This document shows, piece after piece, positions 1 to 9,082 of a DNA stretch of 64,000 bases (position 1 is its first letter; every line of letters begins with the position of its first letter). The position numbers and the translations under genes were made by a program. This DNA comes from Myxococcales bacterium (GTDB taxonomy: Bacteria; Myxococcota; Myxococcia; Myxococcales; Myxococcaceae), in assembly GCA_030696265.1 (NCBI GenBank), contig JAUYSO010000017.1:8368-72367 (forward strand). The letters run 5' to 3'. Below the pieces are notes generated by a model. That model worked only from the letters and a program-made list of their open reading frames with translations, did no database searches and was not told the origin of the DNA.

Positions 1-679
1 CCGGGTTGAACAACACGGGGCTCCACGGTCCACCCACCGCCTCCTGTTTGAAGAACGCGACCCACACCGGCCGCTCGTGCCGCGCCGACACCGGCTCCGT
101 GCCGCCCTTGGAGAGGAAGCGCAGCACCACGCGTGCCACGCTGTCGGTGACCCGAATCGAATCGAACGCCACGCCCCAGCCCTTCGACTCGACGTGGGTG
201 AACCACTCGGCGGGGCTCTTCGCGACCACCACCTTCAGCGTCAGGTCGGTGTTGCGGTAGGCGCGGTCGATGCGCTTGCCCATCGGGCGCACGGTGTACT
301 TCTTCGAGAAGCCCGACGTGGTGCGGCCCGGGAGCACGTACAGCGTCTCGCGGATGAGCAGGTCGCCGCGCGGAGCGTCGTCGCCTTCCCATTTGTAGAT
401 CTCGGTGTTGCCCGCCATGTCCTCGAGCACGCGCTTGAGCATCTCGTCGGCGAGCGAGTCGATGGCGTCGGCGTCGGTCAGCTCTTCGCCGTTCTCGCGC
501 AGCTTCTTCTCCAGCGCCCAGATGGCCTGCTTGCGGAAGTCGCCGGGCTTCTCCTTCTCGACGACCGCTGCGAGCCCCTTCACGGAGCCGGGCAGCGTCT
601 TGATCTCGATGAAGGTCGACTTCGGGCGGGCCGTGGCCGGAGCCGCGGTGAGGAACAGGAGAGCGAGGATGGTGCGCAT
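1..679 (-). CDS. hypothetical secreted protein, partial (3' end lies beyond window start)
   Basis: Minus-strand frame is open from ATG (677-679) to position 1; I checked every plus-strand triplet in that frame and none is a stop. N-terminus MRTILALLFLTAAPATA looks like a signal peptide. GC3-rich codons. Lies 22 nt downstream of the NtrC-like gene on the same strand. Not in the ORF track because it has no stop inside the window. Confidence 0.6.
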   Translation of the reverse strand, partial: MRTILALLFLTAAPATARPKSTFIEIKTLPGSVKGLAAVVEKEKPGDFRKQAIWALEKKLRENGEELTDADAIDSLADEMLKRVLEDMAGNTEIYKWEGDDAPRGDLLIRETLYVLPGRTTSGFSKKYTVRPMGKRIDRAYRNTDLTLKVVVAKSPAEWFTHVESKGWGVAFDSIRVTDSVARVVLRFLSKGGTEPVSARHERPVWVAFFKQEAVGGPWSPVLFNP

Positions 680-701
680 GAGGAAGACCTGGAGAGCCCG
701 A

Positions 702-2117
702 CTACTCCTCGGGCGTTTCACCCTTCTGAATGAACCCGTACTTCTCGAGCTTGTAATAGAGCGCGCTCGTCTTGATGCCGAGCAGCCGTGCGGTCTCGGT
801 CTTCACGCCCTTCGCCTTCTCGTACGCGCGCTGAATGAGCTGCCGCTCGAGGTCCTCGAGGATGTCGGGGAGCGGCCGGTCGCCGTGGGGAATCGGCAAG
901 CCGCCCGGCGCCTGAGACACCCGCGTCGACGCGCTCTGGAGAAAGGCCGGCAGCTCCTTCTCTTCCAGCATCGTGCCTTCCGAGAAGACGAGGCCCTGCT
1001 CGATGGCGTTCTCGAGCTCGCGCACGTTGCCGGGCCACGCGTAGCGTTGGAGCGCCGACAGCGCGTCGGGTGAGAGGCCCTTCACGGCAGGATTGATGCG
1101 CGGGCCGTGCTTGGCGACGAAGTGCTTTGCGAGCAGCGTGAGATCCTCCGGCCGCTCACGCAGCGGCGGCACCACCAGCGGCACCACGGCGAGCCGGTAG
1201 TAGAGGTCTTCGCGGAACCGGCCAGAGGCGACCTCGGCCTTCAGGTCGCGGTGGGTCGCGCAGACGACGCGCACGTCGACCTTCACCGTCTCTTCGCCGC
1301 CGACGCGCTGAATCTCGCGCTCCTGCAAGACGCGCAGGAGCTTCGTCTGCACCGACGCGTTGATCTCGCCGATCTCATCGAGGAACAGCGTGCCGCCGTC
1401 CGCGAGCTCGAAGCGGCCGAGCTTGCGCTTGACGGCTCCGGTGAAGCTGCCGCGCTCGTGGCCGAACAGCTCGCTCTCGAGCAACGTCTCGGCGAGGGCG
1501 GCGCAGTGCGTGCTGACGAACGGCTTGTTCTTTCGCGGCGACAGCTCGTGGAGCATGCGGGCGACGAGCTCCTTCCCGGTGCCCGACTCGCCGTGCACGA
1601 TGACGGTCGCGTCGGTGGCCGCGGAGCGCTTGATGGCGACGTTGAGCTTCTGCATCGGCTCCGACTCGCCCAGCAGATGAGTGCCGGTGCGTTCCGCGAG
1701 ATCGCTCGACAGCGCCTCGGTCACGGCCTCGAGCCGGGTGACGCGCTGCCGGGTGCGGGAGAGCTCGAGCGCCGCGTCGACCTTCGCGCGCAAGAGGTCG
1801 GGCGGGAACGGCTTCTGGATGAAGTCGTACGCGCCGTTGCGCATCGCCTCGACGGCGGTCTCGATGGTGCCGAACGCGGTGACGACGAGCACCACCACCG
1901 ACGGCTCGTGCGCCTTCACCTGCTTGACGACCTCGAGGCCATCCATCGCCTCCATCTTGAGGTCGGTCACCACCACGTCGGCGCCCTTCGCCTGAAAGCC
2001 CGCGACGCCCTCGAGGCCGTTGCGGAACGCGAGCACCTCGTGCCCGGCCTTCTTCAGTGTGACGGCCATGCCTTCACGCATGGTGTCGTTGTCATCGATG
2101 ACCAGCACTCGCGCCAT
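702..2117 (-). CDS. sigma-54-dependent response regulator (NtrC family enhancer-binding protein)
   Basis: Receiver domain [10 protein letters not shown]...VVTDLKM. AAA+ sigma-54 activation domain with Walker A GESGTGKE and the GSFTGA (GAFTGA-type) motif. C-terminal [18 protein letters not shown]. Start taken at the internal Met of ORF 702..2129. Confidence 0.9.
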   Translation of the reverse strand: MARVLVIDDNDTMREGMAVTLKKAGHEVLAFRNGLEGVAGFQAKGADVVVTDLKMEAMDGLEVVKQVKAHEPSVVVLVVTAFGTIETAVEAMRNGAYDFIQKPFPPDLLRAKVDAALELSRTRQRVTRLEAVTEALSSDLAERTGTHLLGESEPMQKLNVAIKRSAATDATVIVHGESGTGKELVARMLHELSPRKNKPFVSTHCAALAETLLESELFGHERGSFTGAVKRKLGRFELADGGTLFLDEIGEINASVQTKLLRVLQEREIQRVGGEETVKVDVRVVCATHRDLKAEVASGRFREDLYYRLAVVPLVVPPLRERPEDLTLLAKHFVAKHGPRINPAVKGLSPDALSALQRYAWPGNVRELENAIEQGLVFSEGTMLEEKELPAFLQSASTRVSQAPGGLPIPHGDRPLPDILEDLERQLIQRAYEKAKGVKTETARLLGIKTSALYYKLEKYGFIQKGETPEE

Positions 2118-2170
2118 GGGCGGCACCATAGCGTGCGCCGACCGGGAGGCGATGAGTGTCGGGAGCGGCT

Positions 2171-3433
2171 ATGAAGGCAGGGGTGAAACCGTTCTGGATT
2201 CTCCTCGTGCTCGCCGCCTGTCCGCCGCCTGAGCCGAGCTGCAGAACAGGTCGATCCGTTCGGCCGTCACCGACGTCCCTGCTGCTCGTGGCCGGGGTGC
2301 CACAGAGCGTCGTGCTCGTCCTCGACGGCCCCGACTGTCGCTTGCCTGAAGGCGTGCTGAACGCCTCGCCCCGATTCTCCACGCCCTCGGGAGAGCCGGC
2401 CACGGTGGCGGTCGACGCCGTCAGGCAGGGCTCCGATCGTTTCGGGCCAACGGTCGAGGTCGAGCTCACGTTTCCGGCGCTCGGTCCCGGCACGCACTTC
2501 CTCCAGCTCTTCCTCGAGCCGAGCCTCAGCGCGCTCCAGCGTCCCGTCTTCGTCGCGGCCGACCGGCGAGGTGACGCAGGCTTCGCGGTGACTCTGCCCG
2601 AACCGTGCGTGCGACCCGCGCGAACGACGGCGGGCACCCAGTTCTGTGGCAACGGCAGCACCGGGCGCGTCGTCAGCTTCAGAGATGGCCAGCGCCGCGA
2701 CTGGCCTGGCGTGGACCGGGTGCTCACCGCTGGAGCTGTCGTCTGGGCCATCGGAGGGAGCTCGGTCGAGCGTCACGAAGAGCGCCCGGACGGAGGCCTC
2801 GCGTTGACCGCGAGCGCAACCATGACCCAGACAAGGCTCGTCTCGTGGGCGGACGAGCTGAGCGCGATCGTGGGCGGCGACCGGTATGACTTCGATGCCG
2901 ACGCCGGCGCGCTCTCGCGGCGCGCGCTGGGCGGCGCCTCTGTTTGGCGATGGAGCGAGGGCGCGCGGGTCATGACGCTCTCTCGCGACCTCTGGTGCGA
3001 CGAAAACGTGTGCCGACCGAACGCCGATCGTTCCACGGTCCTCGGGCTCGACTCGTCATTCCTCTGGCTCGTGAACACCGCGACGACGGGCATCACCACG
3101 CTCGCGCCCATGAACGACCAATCCGAGTTCACCACCATTCGGGCGCTCAGCCGGCCCTTCGGACTCGACGCTGGCGACGCCTTCACCCTCCCCATTCCTG
3201 CCGGCTTCCAGCCGAGAAACGCGCCACCCGAGTTCGCTGCTGGGTGGCCTCCGCTGTTGAGCTCGAGCCCGGATGCGGGCCGGCCACGAAACCTCCTCCT
3301 CACTCAGCGCAGCACTGGCACCTCGTTCGACGTGCTCGGCCCAGACCTGCTGGGGGCGAGCCGCGACTTCCTCTTCTTCGCCGGCGCCTCGTCGAACGAG
3401 CTCAAGGTCATTCCACTTCCGTTGTCGCCATGA
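2171..3433 (+). CDS. lipoprotein, paralog A of a three-member tandem family (function unknown)
   Basis: Lipobox LLVLAAC. GGGAG Shine-Dalgarno 5 nt before ATG 2171; the GTG conserved among the paralogs is at 2183. Shares the C-terminal motif GTSFDVLxxDLLGASRDFLFFxGASxNELKVIPLPLSP and N-terminal CPPPxPxC...PTSLLL with the next two genes. Stop overlaps the ATG at 3430. Confidence 0.75.
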   Translation: MKAGVKPFWILLVLAACPPPEPSCRTGRSVRPSPTSLLLVAGVPQSVVLVLDGPDCRLPEGVLNASPRFSTPSGEPATVAVDAVRQGSDRFGPTVEVELTFPALGPGTHFLQLFLEPSLSALQRPVFVAADRRGDAGFAVTLPEPCVRPARTTAGTQFCGNGSTGRVVSFRDGQRRDWPGVDRVLTAGAVVWAIGGSSVERHEERPDGGLALTASATMTQTRLVSWADELSAIVGGDRYDFDADAGALSRRALGGASVWRWSEGARVMTLSRDLWCDENVCRPNADRSTVLGLDSSFLWLVNTATTGITTLAPMNDQSEFTTIRALSRPFGLDAGDAFTLPIPAGFQPRNAPPEFAAGWPPLLSSSPDAGRPRNLLLTQRSTGTSFDVLGPDLLGASRDFLFFAGASSNELKVIPLPLSP

Positions 3434-3468
3434 CGCTGTGTGTGTCGGGAGCGGCTAAGAACCCGGGG

Positions 3469-4713
3469 GTGAAACACCTTGGGCTCGTCGTGGTCCTCGC
3501 CGCCTGCCCGCCGCCGAACCCTATCTGCCAGACCTTTCCCTCTGGCAGGCCCGCGCCGACGTCGCTCTTGATGATGGACGGCGTGCCGCAGACCTTCTCC
3601 TTCGTCTTCGACGGCCCAGCGTGTCAGCTCCCCGAAGGTGCGCTGAGCGCCAGGCCCCTGTTCACGGCGCCGTCGGGTGAGCGCGTCACGGTGGGCGTCG
3701 AGCGCATCAGGCAGAGTTCCGACCCAAGCACCTTCCAGAACACCATCGAGTTCGACCTCGTGTTTCCGGCCCTGACGCGAGGCACGTATCTTCTGCAGCT
3801 CTTCGTCGAGCCGACGATCACCGCGATTCAGCTTCCGGTCTTCGTCGCGGGCGATCGCAGGGCCGATGCTGGCCTCGTCGTCACGCTGCCAGAGCGCTGT
3901 CTGCGCCCGGCGCGCACGCTCGCCGGCACCCAGTTCTGCTGGAGCCAGGACGCTGGCTACAGCGCCTTCCGGGACGGGCAGCGCCTCGTGTTCCCGGCAG
4001 GCGTCGATCGCCTGCTCCCCGTTGGAAACGTCGCCTGGGCCATTGGTCGCGGCGACCTCAGCAGGTTCGAAGACCAACCTGACGCCGGGCTCGTGCTGAC
4101 CGCGAGGGCGACTCAGCTGCAGACGGGTGGCGGCAGCTCGGCCGACGAGACGAGCGCCATCGTCGGCGGCGTCCGCTACGACTTCGACGCAGGGAGCTTC
4201 TCCCAGCGGAACCTGTCGAACGTCACGGGCAACCGGTGGGCAGAAGGCGCGCGGGTCATGAGCGTCGTCGGTGGAACGATCTGCGACGATCGTGATCAGT
4301 GCGGAGCCTCCGAAGGGCCGGCTCGTTTCCTGGCGCTCGACCCGACCCACCTCTGGCTGCTGACTCCGAGGTCGTCGACGTTCAGCGGCTCGGGCACCTT
4401 CGGTGCGCAGGAGCTCAACACGGTCAGTCTGCTCAAACGGCCCATCGGACCCGACGCAGGCGTCGCGTTGACGGTGCCCCTGCCCGTCGGGCTCACGCCA
4501 CACTTCATCGATGGGAGCGATCTCGCCGGAGGGCTCCCGCCCGTGCTGTCCGTGGCTGACCAATCGCGCGTCCTGCTCCTCAGCCACGGCAGGGAGGGAA
4601 CCTCGTTCGATGTCCTGCCGAAGGACGTCCTGGGCGCGAGCCGTGACTTCCTCTTCTTCCCCGGCGCCTCGCCGAACGAGCTCAAGGTCATTCCACTTCC
4701 GTTGTCGCCTTGA
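3469..4713 (+). CDS. lipoprotein, paralog B (function unknown)
   Basis: Conserved leader gtgtcgggagcggctaagaacccgggggtgaaac, then GTG 3469; alternative ATG 3430 overlaps the stop of paralog A. Lipobox VVVLAAC. The last ~60 nt are identical to paralog A at the nucleotide level. Confidence 0.75.
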   Translation: MKHLGLVVVLAACPPPNPICQTFPSGRPAPTSLLMMDGVPQTFSFVFDGPACQLPEGALSARPLFTAPSGERVTVGVERIRQSSDPSTFQNTIEFDLVFPALTRGTYLLQLFVEPTITAIQLPVFVAGDRRADAGLVVTLPERCLRPARTLAGTQFCWSQDAGYSAFRDGQRLVFPAGVDRLLPVGNVAWAIGRGDLSRFEDQPDAGLVLTARATQLQTGGGSSADETSAIVGGVRYDFDAGSFSQRNLSNVTGNRWAEGARVMSVVGGTICDDRDQCGASEGPARFLALDPTHLWLLTPRSSTFSGSGTFGAQELNTVSLLKRPIGPDAGVALTVPLPVGLTPHFIDGSDLAGGLPPVLSVADQSRVLLLSHGREGTSFDVLPKDVLGASRDFLFFPGASPNELKVIPLPLSP

Positions 4714-4897
4714 GGCTGCTCCCACGTTGCGTCGGAGCGCGTTCGACGACGTCGTCTGCCTGACGCCTGGTGTTCTCCGCGGCGGTCCTCGAGACGACGC
4801 GGTGGCGTGACCAGACGCGAGCGCAGCGTGAGTTCGCGCCAGGCATGTCCGCTGACGGGGAGACGATGAGTGTCGGGAGCGGGTAAGAACCCGAGGC

Positions 4898-6181
4898 GTG
4901 AAACCCCTCTGGCTCGTCGTACTCCTTGCTGGGTGTCCACCGAACGACTCCACCTGCCGGACCGTTCCTACTGGCCGGGCGACGCCGACGTCGCTGCTGC
5001 TCATGGCCGGCGCGCCGCAGACCGTGTCGTTCGCGTTCGACAGCCCTGCGTGTCAGCTCCCCGAAGGCGCGGTGACGGCACGGCCAGTGCTCACGACGGC
5101 GTCTGGCGCGACCATGCCTGTGATGGTGGGCCGGATCGTTCAAGTCACACAGCCTGTCGATGGAGTTGCGTCATTTCGAGGCTTCTTTCAGAGCAGCATC
5201 GAGTTCGACCTCGTGTTTCCGGCGCTGACGCGAGGCACGTACTTTCTGCAGCTCTTCGTCGAGCCGACCATCATCGCGATGCAGATTCCCGTCTTCGTCG
5301 CGAGCGATCTCCGGGCTGATGCAGGCACGCTGGTCTCGTTCGACGCGCCGTGCTCCCTGCCCGCTCGGACTCGCGCCGGCACGATGTTCTGTGGCTTCGA
5401 CGGCGGCTTCGTCGTGCGCACTGGCTCGTCGAAGACCACCATGCCTGCAGTCACCAGGGTCATCGCCGTCGGGAACGTCGCGTGGACGCTCGACGCCTTT
5501 GCGCAGCTGCGTCGCTACGAAGACAGGCCCGATGGTGGGCTGATGCTGACCGCGACTGCGAGCGAGGCGCGGGGACTCATCGTCGCCGATGAAGACGCCG
5601 CTGCGCTCAGCGAACCCGACTTCAACACCACTTTCACACGGTTCGACTACGACCCGGCGCGTGGTGCACTCACCCGCCGCCCCTTGCCCTTGCTCGCCGA
5701 GGACTGGCTGCTCGATGGCGCTGAGTTCGTGGGCGTCTCGCGGCGCGCCACCTGCACTGGACCCGAGATGTGCCGTGACACGACGGCCGACTTCATGGGC
5801 CTGCTTGGGTACGACGCACAGTTCCTCTGGTTGTTCGACAACCTCGGCAGTTTCGGGCGCACCGACGAGCCGACTCGAATGCTCCTGCTGCGGCGGCCAG
5901 TACGCCTCGACGGCGGAGAGTCCTTCACCACGCCGATTCCGCCTGGCTGGGCACCCGCGGCGACAAATGCGCGACGCGAGGTCGGCGGTGAGCTGCCTCC
6001 GTTGTTGTACTCGCTGCCAGACGCCGGCGTGCCTCGCACGATGTTGGTGCGCCAGACGGCAGAAGGAACGTCGTTCGACGTGCTCCCTGCAGACCCGGTC
6101 GGCTTCAGCCGCGACTGGCTCATCTTTGCGGGGAGCACCAGCCGCGAGCTCCGCCTCGTTCGGCTTCCGCTCTCGCCATGA
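4898..6181 (+). CDS. lipoprotein, paralog C (function unknown)
   Basis: Same leader, gagtgtcgggagcgggtaagaacccgaggcgtgaaac, before GTG 4898. Lipobox VVLLAGC. C-terminal motif EGTSFDVLPADPVGFSRDWLIFAGSTSRELRLVRLPLSP. Stop overlaps the NUDIX start as ATGA. Confidence 0.75.
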   Translation: MKPLWLVVLLAGCPPNDSTCRTVPTGRATPTSLLLMAGAPQTVSFAFDSPACQLPEGAVTARPVLTTASGATMPVMVGRIVQVTQPVDGVASFRGFFQSSIEFDLVFPALTRGTYFLQLFVEPTIIAMQIPVFVASDLRADAGTLVSFDAPCSLPARTRAGTMFCGFDGGFVVRTGSSKTTMPAVTRVIAVGNVAWTLDAFAQLRRYEDRPDGGLMLTATASEARGLIVADEDAAALSEPDFNTTFTRFDYDPARGALTRRPLPLLAEDWLLDGAEFVGVSRRATCTGPEMCRDTTADFMGLLGYDAQFLWLFDNLGSFGRTDEPTRMLLLRRPVRLDGGESFTTPIPPGWAPAATNARREVGGELPPLLYSLPDAGVPRTMLVRQTAEGTSFDVLPADPVGFSRDWLIFAGSTSRELRLVRLPLSP

Positions 6182-6735
6182 CCCTCCTCGACTTGCTCGC
6201 CGGCCACCACCCTCTCGATGACAAGGAGCGCGTCGATCTCGCGTCGATGCGCGACTTCGCGAAGAGCCTCGCCGAGCCGTTCTCACGCGCCCAGTGGCCC
6301 GCGCACTTCACCGGCAGCGCGGTGGTGGTGACGCCCGATGGCACGCGCGTCTGCCTGGTCCTGCACGCGAAGCTCCACCGCTGGCTGCAGCCCGGTGGGC
6401 ACGCCGACCCGGCAGACGATGGCTCGATGGAAAGGACGGCGCTGCGAGAGGCGCGTGAAGAGACGGGAATGGACGTCGCCCTGCACCCTCACGCACCCCG
6501 GCCGCTCGACGTCGACGTGCACGTCATCCCCGCGCGCAAAGCCGACCCGGAGCACCGTCACCTCGACGTGCGCTACCTCGTCGTCGCGCACAACCCCGAT
6601 GCGCTGAAGCACGACCCGAGCGAGTCGCATGGCGCGCAGTGGCTGAGCTGGGAGGACGCCCTGGCCCGCGCCGATGAAGCCCCGCTGCGTCGAATGCTCG
6701 AGAAGGCGCGCGCGGTCGTCACGCGAGATCGATGA
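6178..6735 (+). CDS. NUDIX hydrolase
   Basis: Nudix box GGHADPADDGSMERTALREAREETGMDV fits Gx5Ex7REUxEExGU. ATGA start/stop overlap with paralog C. Confidence 0.85.
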   Translation: MTLLDLLAGHHPLDDKERVDLASMRDFAKSLAEPFSRAQWPAHFTGSAVVVTPDGTRVCLVLHAKLHRWLQPGGHADPADDGSMERTALREAREETGMDVALHPHAPRPLDVDVHVIPARKADPEHRHLDVRYLVVAHNPDALKHDPSESHGAQWLSWEDALARADEAPLRRMLEKARAVVTRDR

Positions 6736-7264
6736 AGAACCGCACGCCGAGCAGCACCTGACTCGAGAAGACGTCTCCGCGGAGCAGCGGAAAACTGCCT
6801 CGAACGAAGACCTGGGCCACGCCGTCGAAGTTGCCCCACGAGCGATGCAGCTTCGCGGTGAGCTCCGGGCCGACCCGAATCGTCCATGCGTCGGGCACGG
6901 TGCGGCCCTTGAGCCCGACGCCCACGAACGCGCCGAGCGAGAACCACCGCCACGCCACCGGGCTCGCCGACGCGACGACGGTGCCCTCGAACGTTCCGGG
7001 CGCGAGCTGAAGCTCACCCTCGAGGAGCGCGCTGAACTTGAGCGCGCCGTGACGCTCCGCGGCCGAGTGGAACACCGCCAGCCCCAACCCAAGCGACAAC
7101 CGGCCACCGAAGCCCAGCCGCTCCCACAACCCCGACGCCCCGAGCGTGGGTCCGAGCGCGACGTTCTTGAACAGGCTCACCTCGTCGAAGCCGTGCTCCA
7201 CACCGGTGAGCGGCCCCGCGTGCGCAAGCCCACAGAGGAACATGACGACGAGCGCCCACCGCAT
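6719..7264 (-). CDS. hypothetical secreted/outer-membrane protein
   Basis: Signal peptide MRWALVVMFLCGLAHA. Alternating-hydrophobic, Gly-rich beta-strand-like sequence. Convergent with and slightly overlapping the NUDIX 3' end. Confidence 0.55.
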   Translation of the reverse strand: MRWALVVMFLCGLAHAGPLTGVEHGFDEVSLFKNVALGPTLGASGLWERLGFGGRLSLGLGLAVFHSAAERHGALKFSALLEGELQLAPGTFEGTVVASASPVAWRWFSLGAFVGVGLKGRTVPDAWTIRVGPELTAKLHRSWGNFDGVAQVFVRGSFPLLRGDVFSSQVLLGVRFFIDLA

Positions 7265-7427
7265 CAGCCCAGTATCGCCGAAGTGAAGCCCCTTGCTGTT
7301 CACTCGAGGTGGCATCGGAGCACCCGCACACCCGGATCCGCTGCTGCTGAGGTGTCACTCCGGGCGCCTGCCCTGCTGAACCCTGCAGAATCGCGCGCTG
7401 GCGAGGCGCTTGCTCAAGGGAGCAGGC

Positions 7428-8222
7428 ATGAACGCTCGCAACCGCCTGCCGACCGTCGCCCGTCACAGCCTCGAAGCGCTCCTCGTCGAAGGGCGCATGC
7501 CGCTCGACGCGGCGCTGCAGCTCTCGCATGCCCTGGTTCGAGCGATCGAGGATCATCACGCGACAGGTCAGGCCATCGGGCCCTTCGACACCGGCTCCAT
7601 CGCGGTCGACGTGCTCGGCCACGTGGTGATCAAACCGTCGCTGCGACCCGAGGCGGCGGCGCCTGAGCTCGGCGTCGGCGGCGTGGCGGACCTGCTCTCC
7701 GATCTGCACAGCCTGGGCGGCGTCTTGTACCGCCTGTTCGCCGGCCTCTCGCACCAGGACGCCGCGAAGCGCTCGGGAGGCTCGCTCGTGCCGCCCAGCC
7801 GCTTCAACCCCACCATCGACGACGCCCTCGACGGCCTCGTGCTCACGCTGCTCGACCCCGACCCCATCGAGCGCCCGTACCGCCTCGCGCAGGTCGACGG
7901 TCAGCTGCTCGCCATCTTCGCCGAGCTGGGCCTCGAGCCGTCGCCTCAGGCGGTCTCGTCGTGGGTCGCCTCGCATCGCCCGGCCGCGCCAGTGGCTACC
8001 GCCGCTCCGATTCAGCTCACCGCCCCGGTTCCGCTCGCGAAGCTGAGCGCGCCACGCCGCACGCCGCCGCCAGTGAAGTGGGCGCTCGACGCAGAAGACG
8101 AAGCCGACGTGGCTGACGAGTCGTTCGACCCGGCCTGGGAAGGGCCAGTGCGCTTCGACCTGTGGGCTGCCGCGAGCGCCGGCGTCGTCGCGCTCGGCCT
8201 CTCGCTCATCGCGCTGATGTAG
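7428..8222 (+). CDS. kinase-like (degenerate protein-kinase C-lobe) protein with C-terminal TM helix
   Basis: ATG 7428 has a GGGAG Shine-Dalgarno 7 nt upstream; the ORF-track start at 7410 is TTG. Remnants of Hanks-kinase subdomains VIII-X: APELG and DLHSLGGVLYRLFAG. No glycine loop, VAIK or HRD motif. C-terminal hydrophobic helix AAASAGVVALGLSLIALM. Confidence 0.6.
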   Translation: MNARNRLPTVARHSLEALLVEGRMPLDAALQLSHALVRAIEDHHATGQAIGPFDTGSIAVDVLGHVVIKPSLRPEAAAPELGVGGVADLLSDLHSLGGVLYRLFAGLSHQDAAKRSGGSLVPPSRFNPTIDDALDGLVLTLLDPDPIERPYRLAQVDGQLLAIFAELGLEPSPQAVSSWVASHRPAAPVATAAPIQLTAPVPLAKLSAPRRTPPPVKWALDAEDEADVADESFDPAWEGPVRFDLWAAASAGVVALGLSLIALM

Positions 8223-9039
8223 CCGGTGCCTGCTGGTGGCGGGCGCGCCACTCACCGGGCGTCTGGCCGTGCGTCTGTCGGAAGCGCCGCACCAGATGTG
8301 ACGCCGAGTGGAAGCCGCTCATCGCCGCGATGGCGTCGAGGGTCAGGTCGGTGCCAGCGAGGAGCTGCTCGACGGACCGGGACAGATGGAGTTCGTGCTC
8401 TTCGCGCAGCGACGTGCCCGCCGCTTCCAGCCGACGCTGCAGCGTGCGCTCCGAGACCCCAAGGCGCTGGGCGATCTCGGCGTTCTTCAGGCGAGGGCCT
8501 TCGCGCAGCGCTTCTCGCACGGCTCGCACGACCTCTGGCACCGCGCAGACGGCCTCGATCTGCGCCCGGTAGGCCTTCGCGAGTCGTCGCACTCCACACC
8601 ACTCGAACGCTCCGGGCTCGTCGTCCTCGAAGCTCTTGAACGGGTACGGCGGCCGCGCGACGTGGAGCGCCCCGGCCACCACCACGCCGATGAAGCCTGA
8701 CGGGTGGAGGATCGCCTGACGACCGATGTTCGGGCCCCACGCGTGCCGCCGACGCGTCAGGTACGCGAGCAGCTTGCCGAACGCCAACATGTCGATGGAC
8801 TCGAGCCGTCGCCCATCGACGAACGACGCGTGGCCCTTGAAGCACGGCTTCGCGCCGACCTCGAAGAACGGGATCATCTGCTCGATGTCGGCCTCGCGGG
8901 GGTTGCCCCACATGACCGTGCCCAGCGCGCGGGTCCCGTCCTGCCAGAACATGAAGCAGCGGCCGACGAACGCGAGCCGGCCCTCTCCGGTGAACGCCCG
9001 CTCGTCGAGGACCTGGGTGAACTTGGCCGGCGGAGACAC
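8206..9039 (-). CDS. AraC family transcriptional regulator
   Basis: C-terminal AraC-type HTH pair: EIAQRLGVSERTLQRRL ... LDAIAAMSGFHSASHLVRRFRQTHGQTPGEWR. Confidence 0.8.
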   Translation of the reverse strand: MSPPAKFTQVLDERAFTGEGRLAFVGRCFMFWQDGTRALGTVMWGNPREADIEQMIPFFEVGAKPCFKGHASFVDGRRLESIDMLAFGKLLAYLTRRRHAWGPNIGRQAILHPSGFIGVVVAGALHVARPPYPFKSFEDDEPGAFEWCGVRRLAKAYRAQIEAVCAVPEVVRAVREALREGPRLKNAEIAQRLGVSERTLQRRLEAAGTSLREEHELHLSRSVEQLLAGTDLTLDAIAAMSGFHSASHLVRRFRQTHGQTPGEWRARHQQAPATSAR

Positions 9040-9082
9040 AGGGGCCGCGACCTAGCACGGCCCGGCGACGGTCGAATCCTCC

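Noticed and set aside
77-1073. Plus-strand ORFs 77..733 and 405..1073 at the window start
   Set aside because: They are antisense to a minus-strand frame that is open from ATG 679 to position 1, with strong GC3 bias and a signal peptide. The plus-strand translations are Arg/Ala/Gly-rich, typical of spurious ORFs in high-GC DNA.
2118-2170. Possible sigma-54 promoter GGCACcatagcgTGC between the NtrC-like gene and paralog A
   Set aside because: The GG-GC spacing is one nucleotide longer than the strict TGGCAC-N5-TTGC geometry. Kept only as a hypothesis that the divergent EBP controls the paralog operon; not reported as a feature.
2944-3468. ORF-track extension of paralog B back to 2944 (589 aa)
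   Set aside because: The extension is the out-of-frame overlap with paralog A. The conserved leader and lipobox place the start at GTG 3469 (or ATG 3430).
1107-5004. Long antisense ORFs over well-supported genes. These include 1107..2174 (+), 2092..2751 (-), 3304..5004 (-), 5171..6286 (-), 10978..12996 (+), 13966..15516 (-), 46018..47799 (+), 50287..52386 (-) and 54587..57250 (-).
   Set aside because: Each lies opposite a gene with clear homology or motifs (NtrC EBP, paralog lipoproteins, tgt, Cys-rich gene, HTTM, pepN, ileS). Their translations are low-complexity R/A/G/P-rich. Long stop-free antisense frames are expected at ~70% GC.
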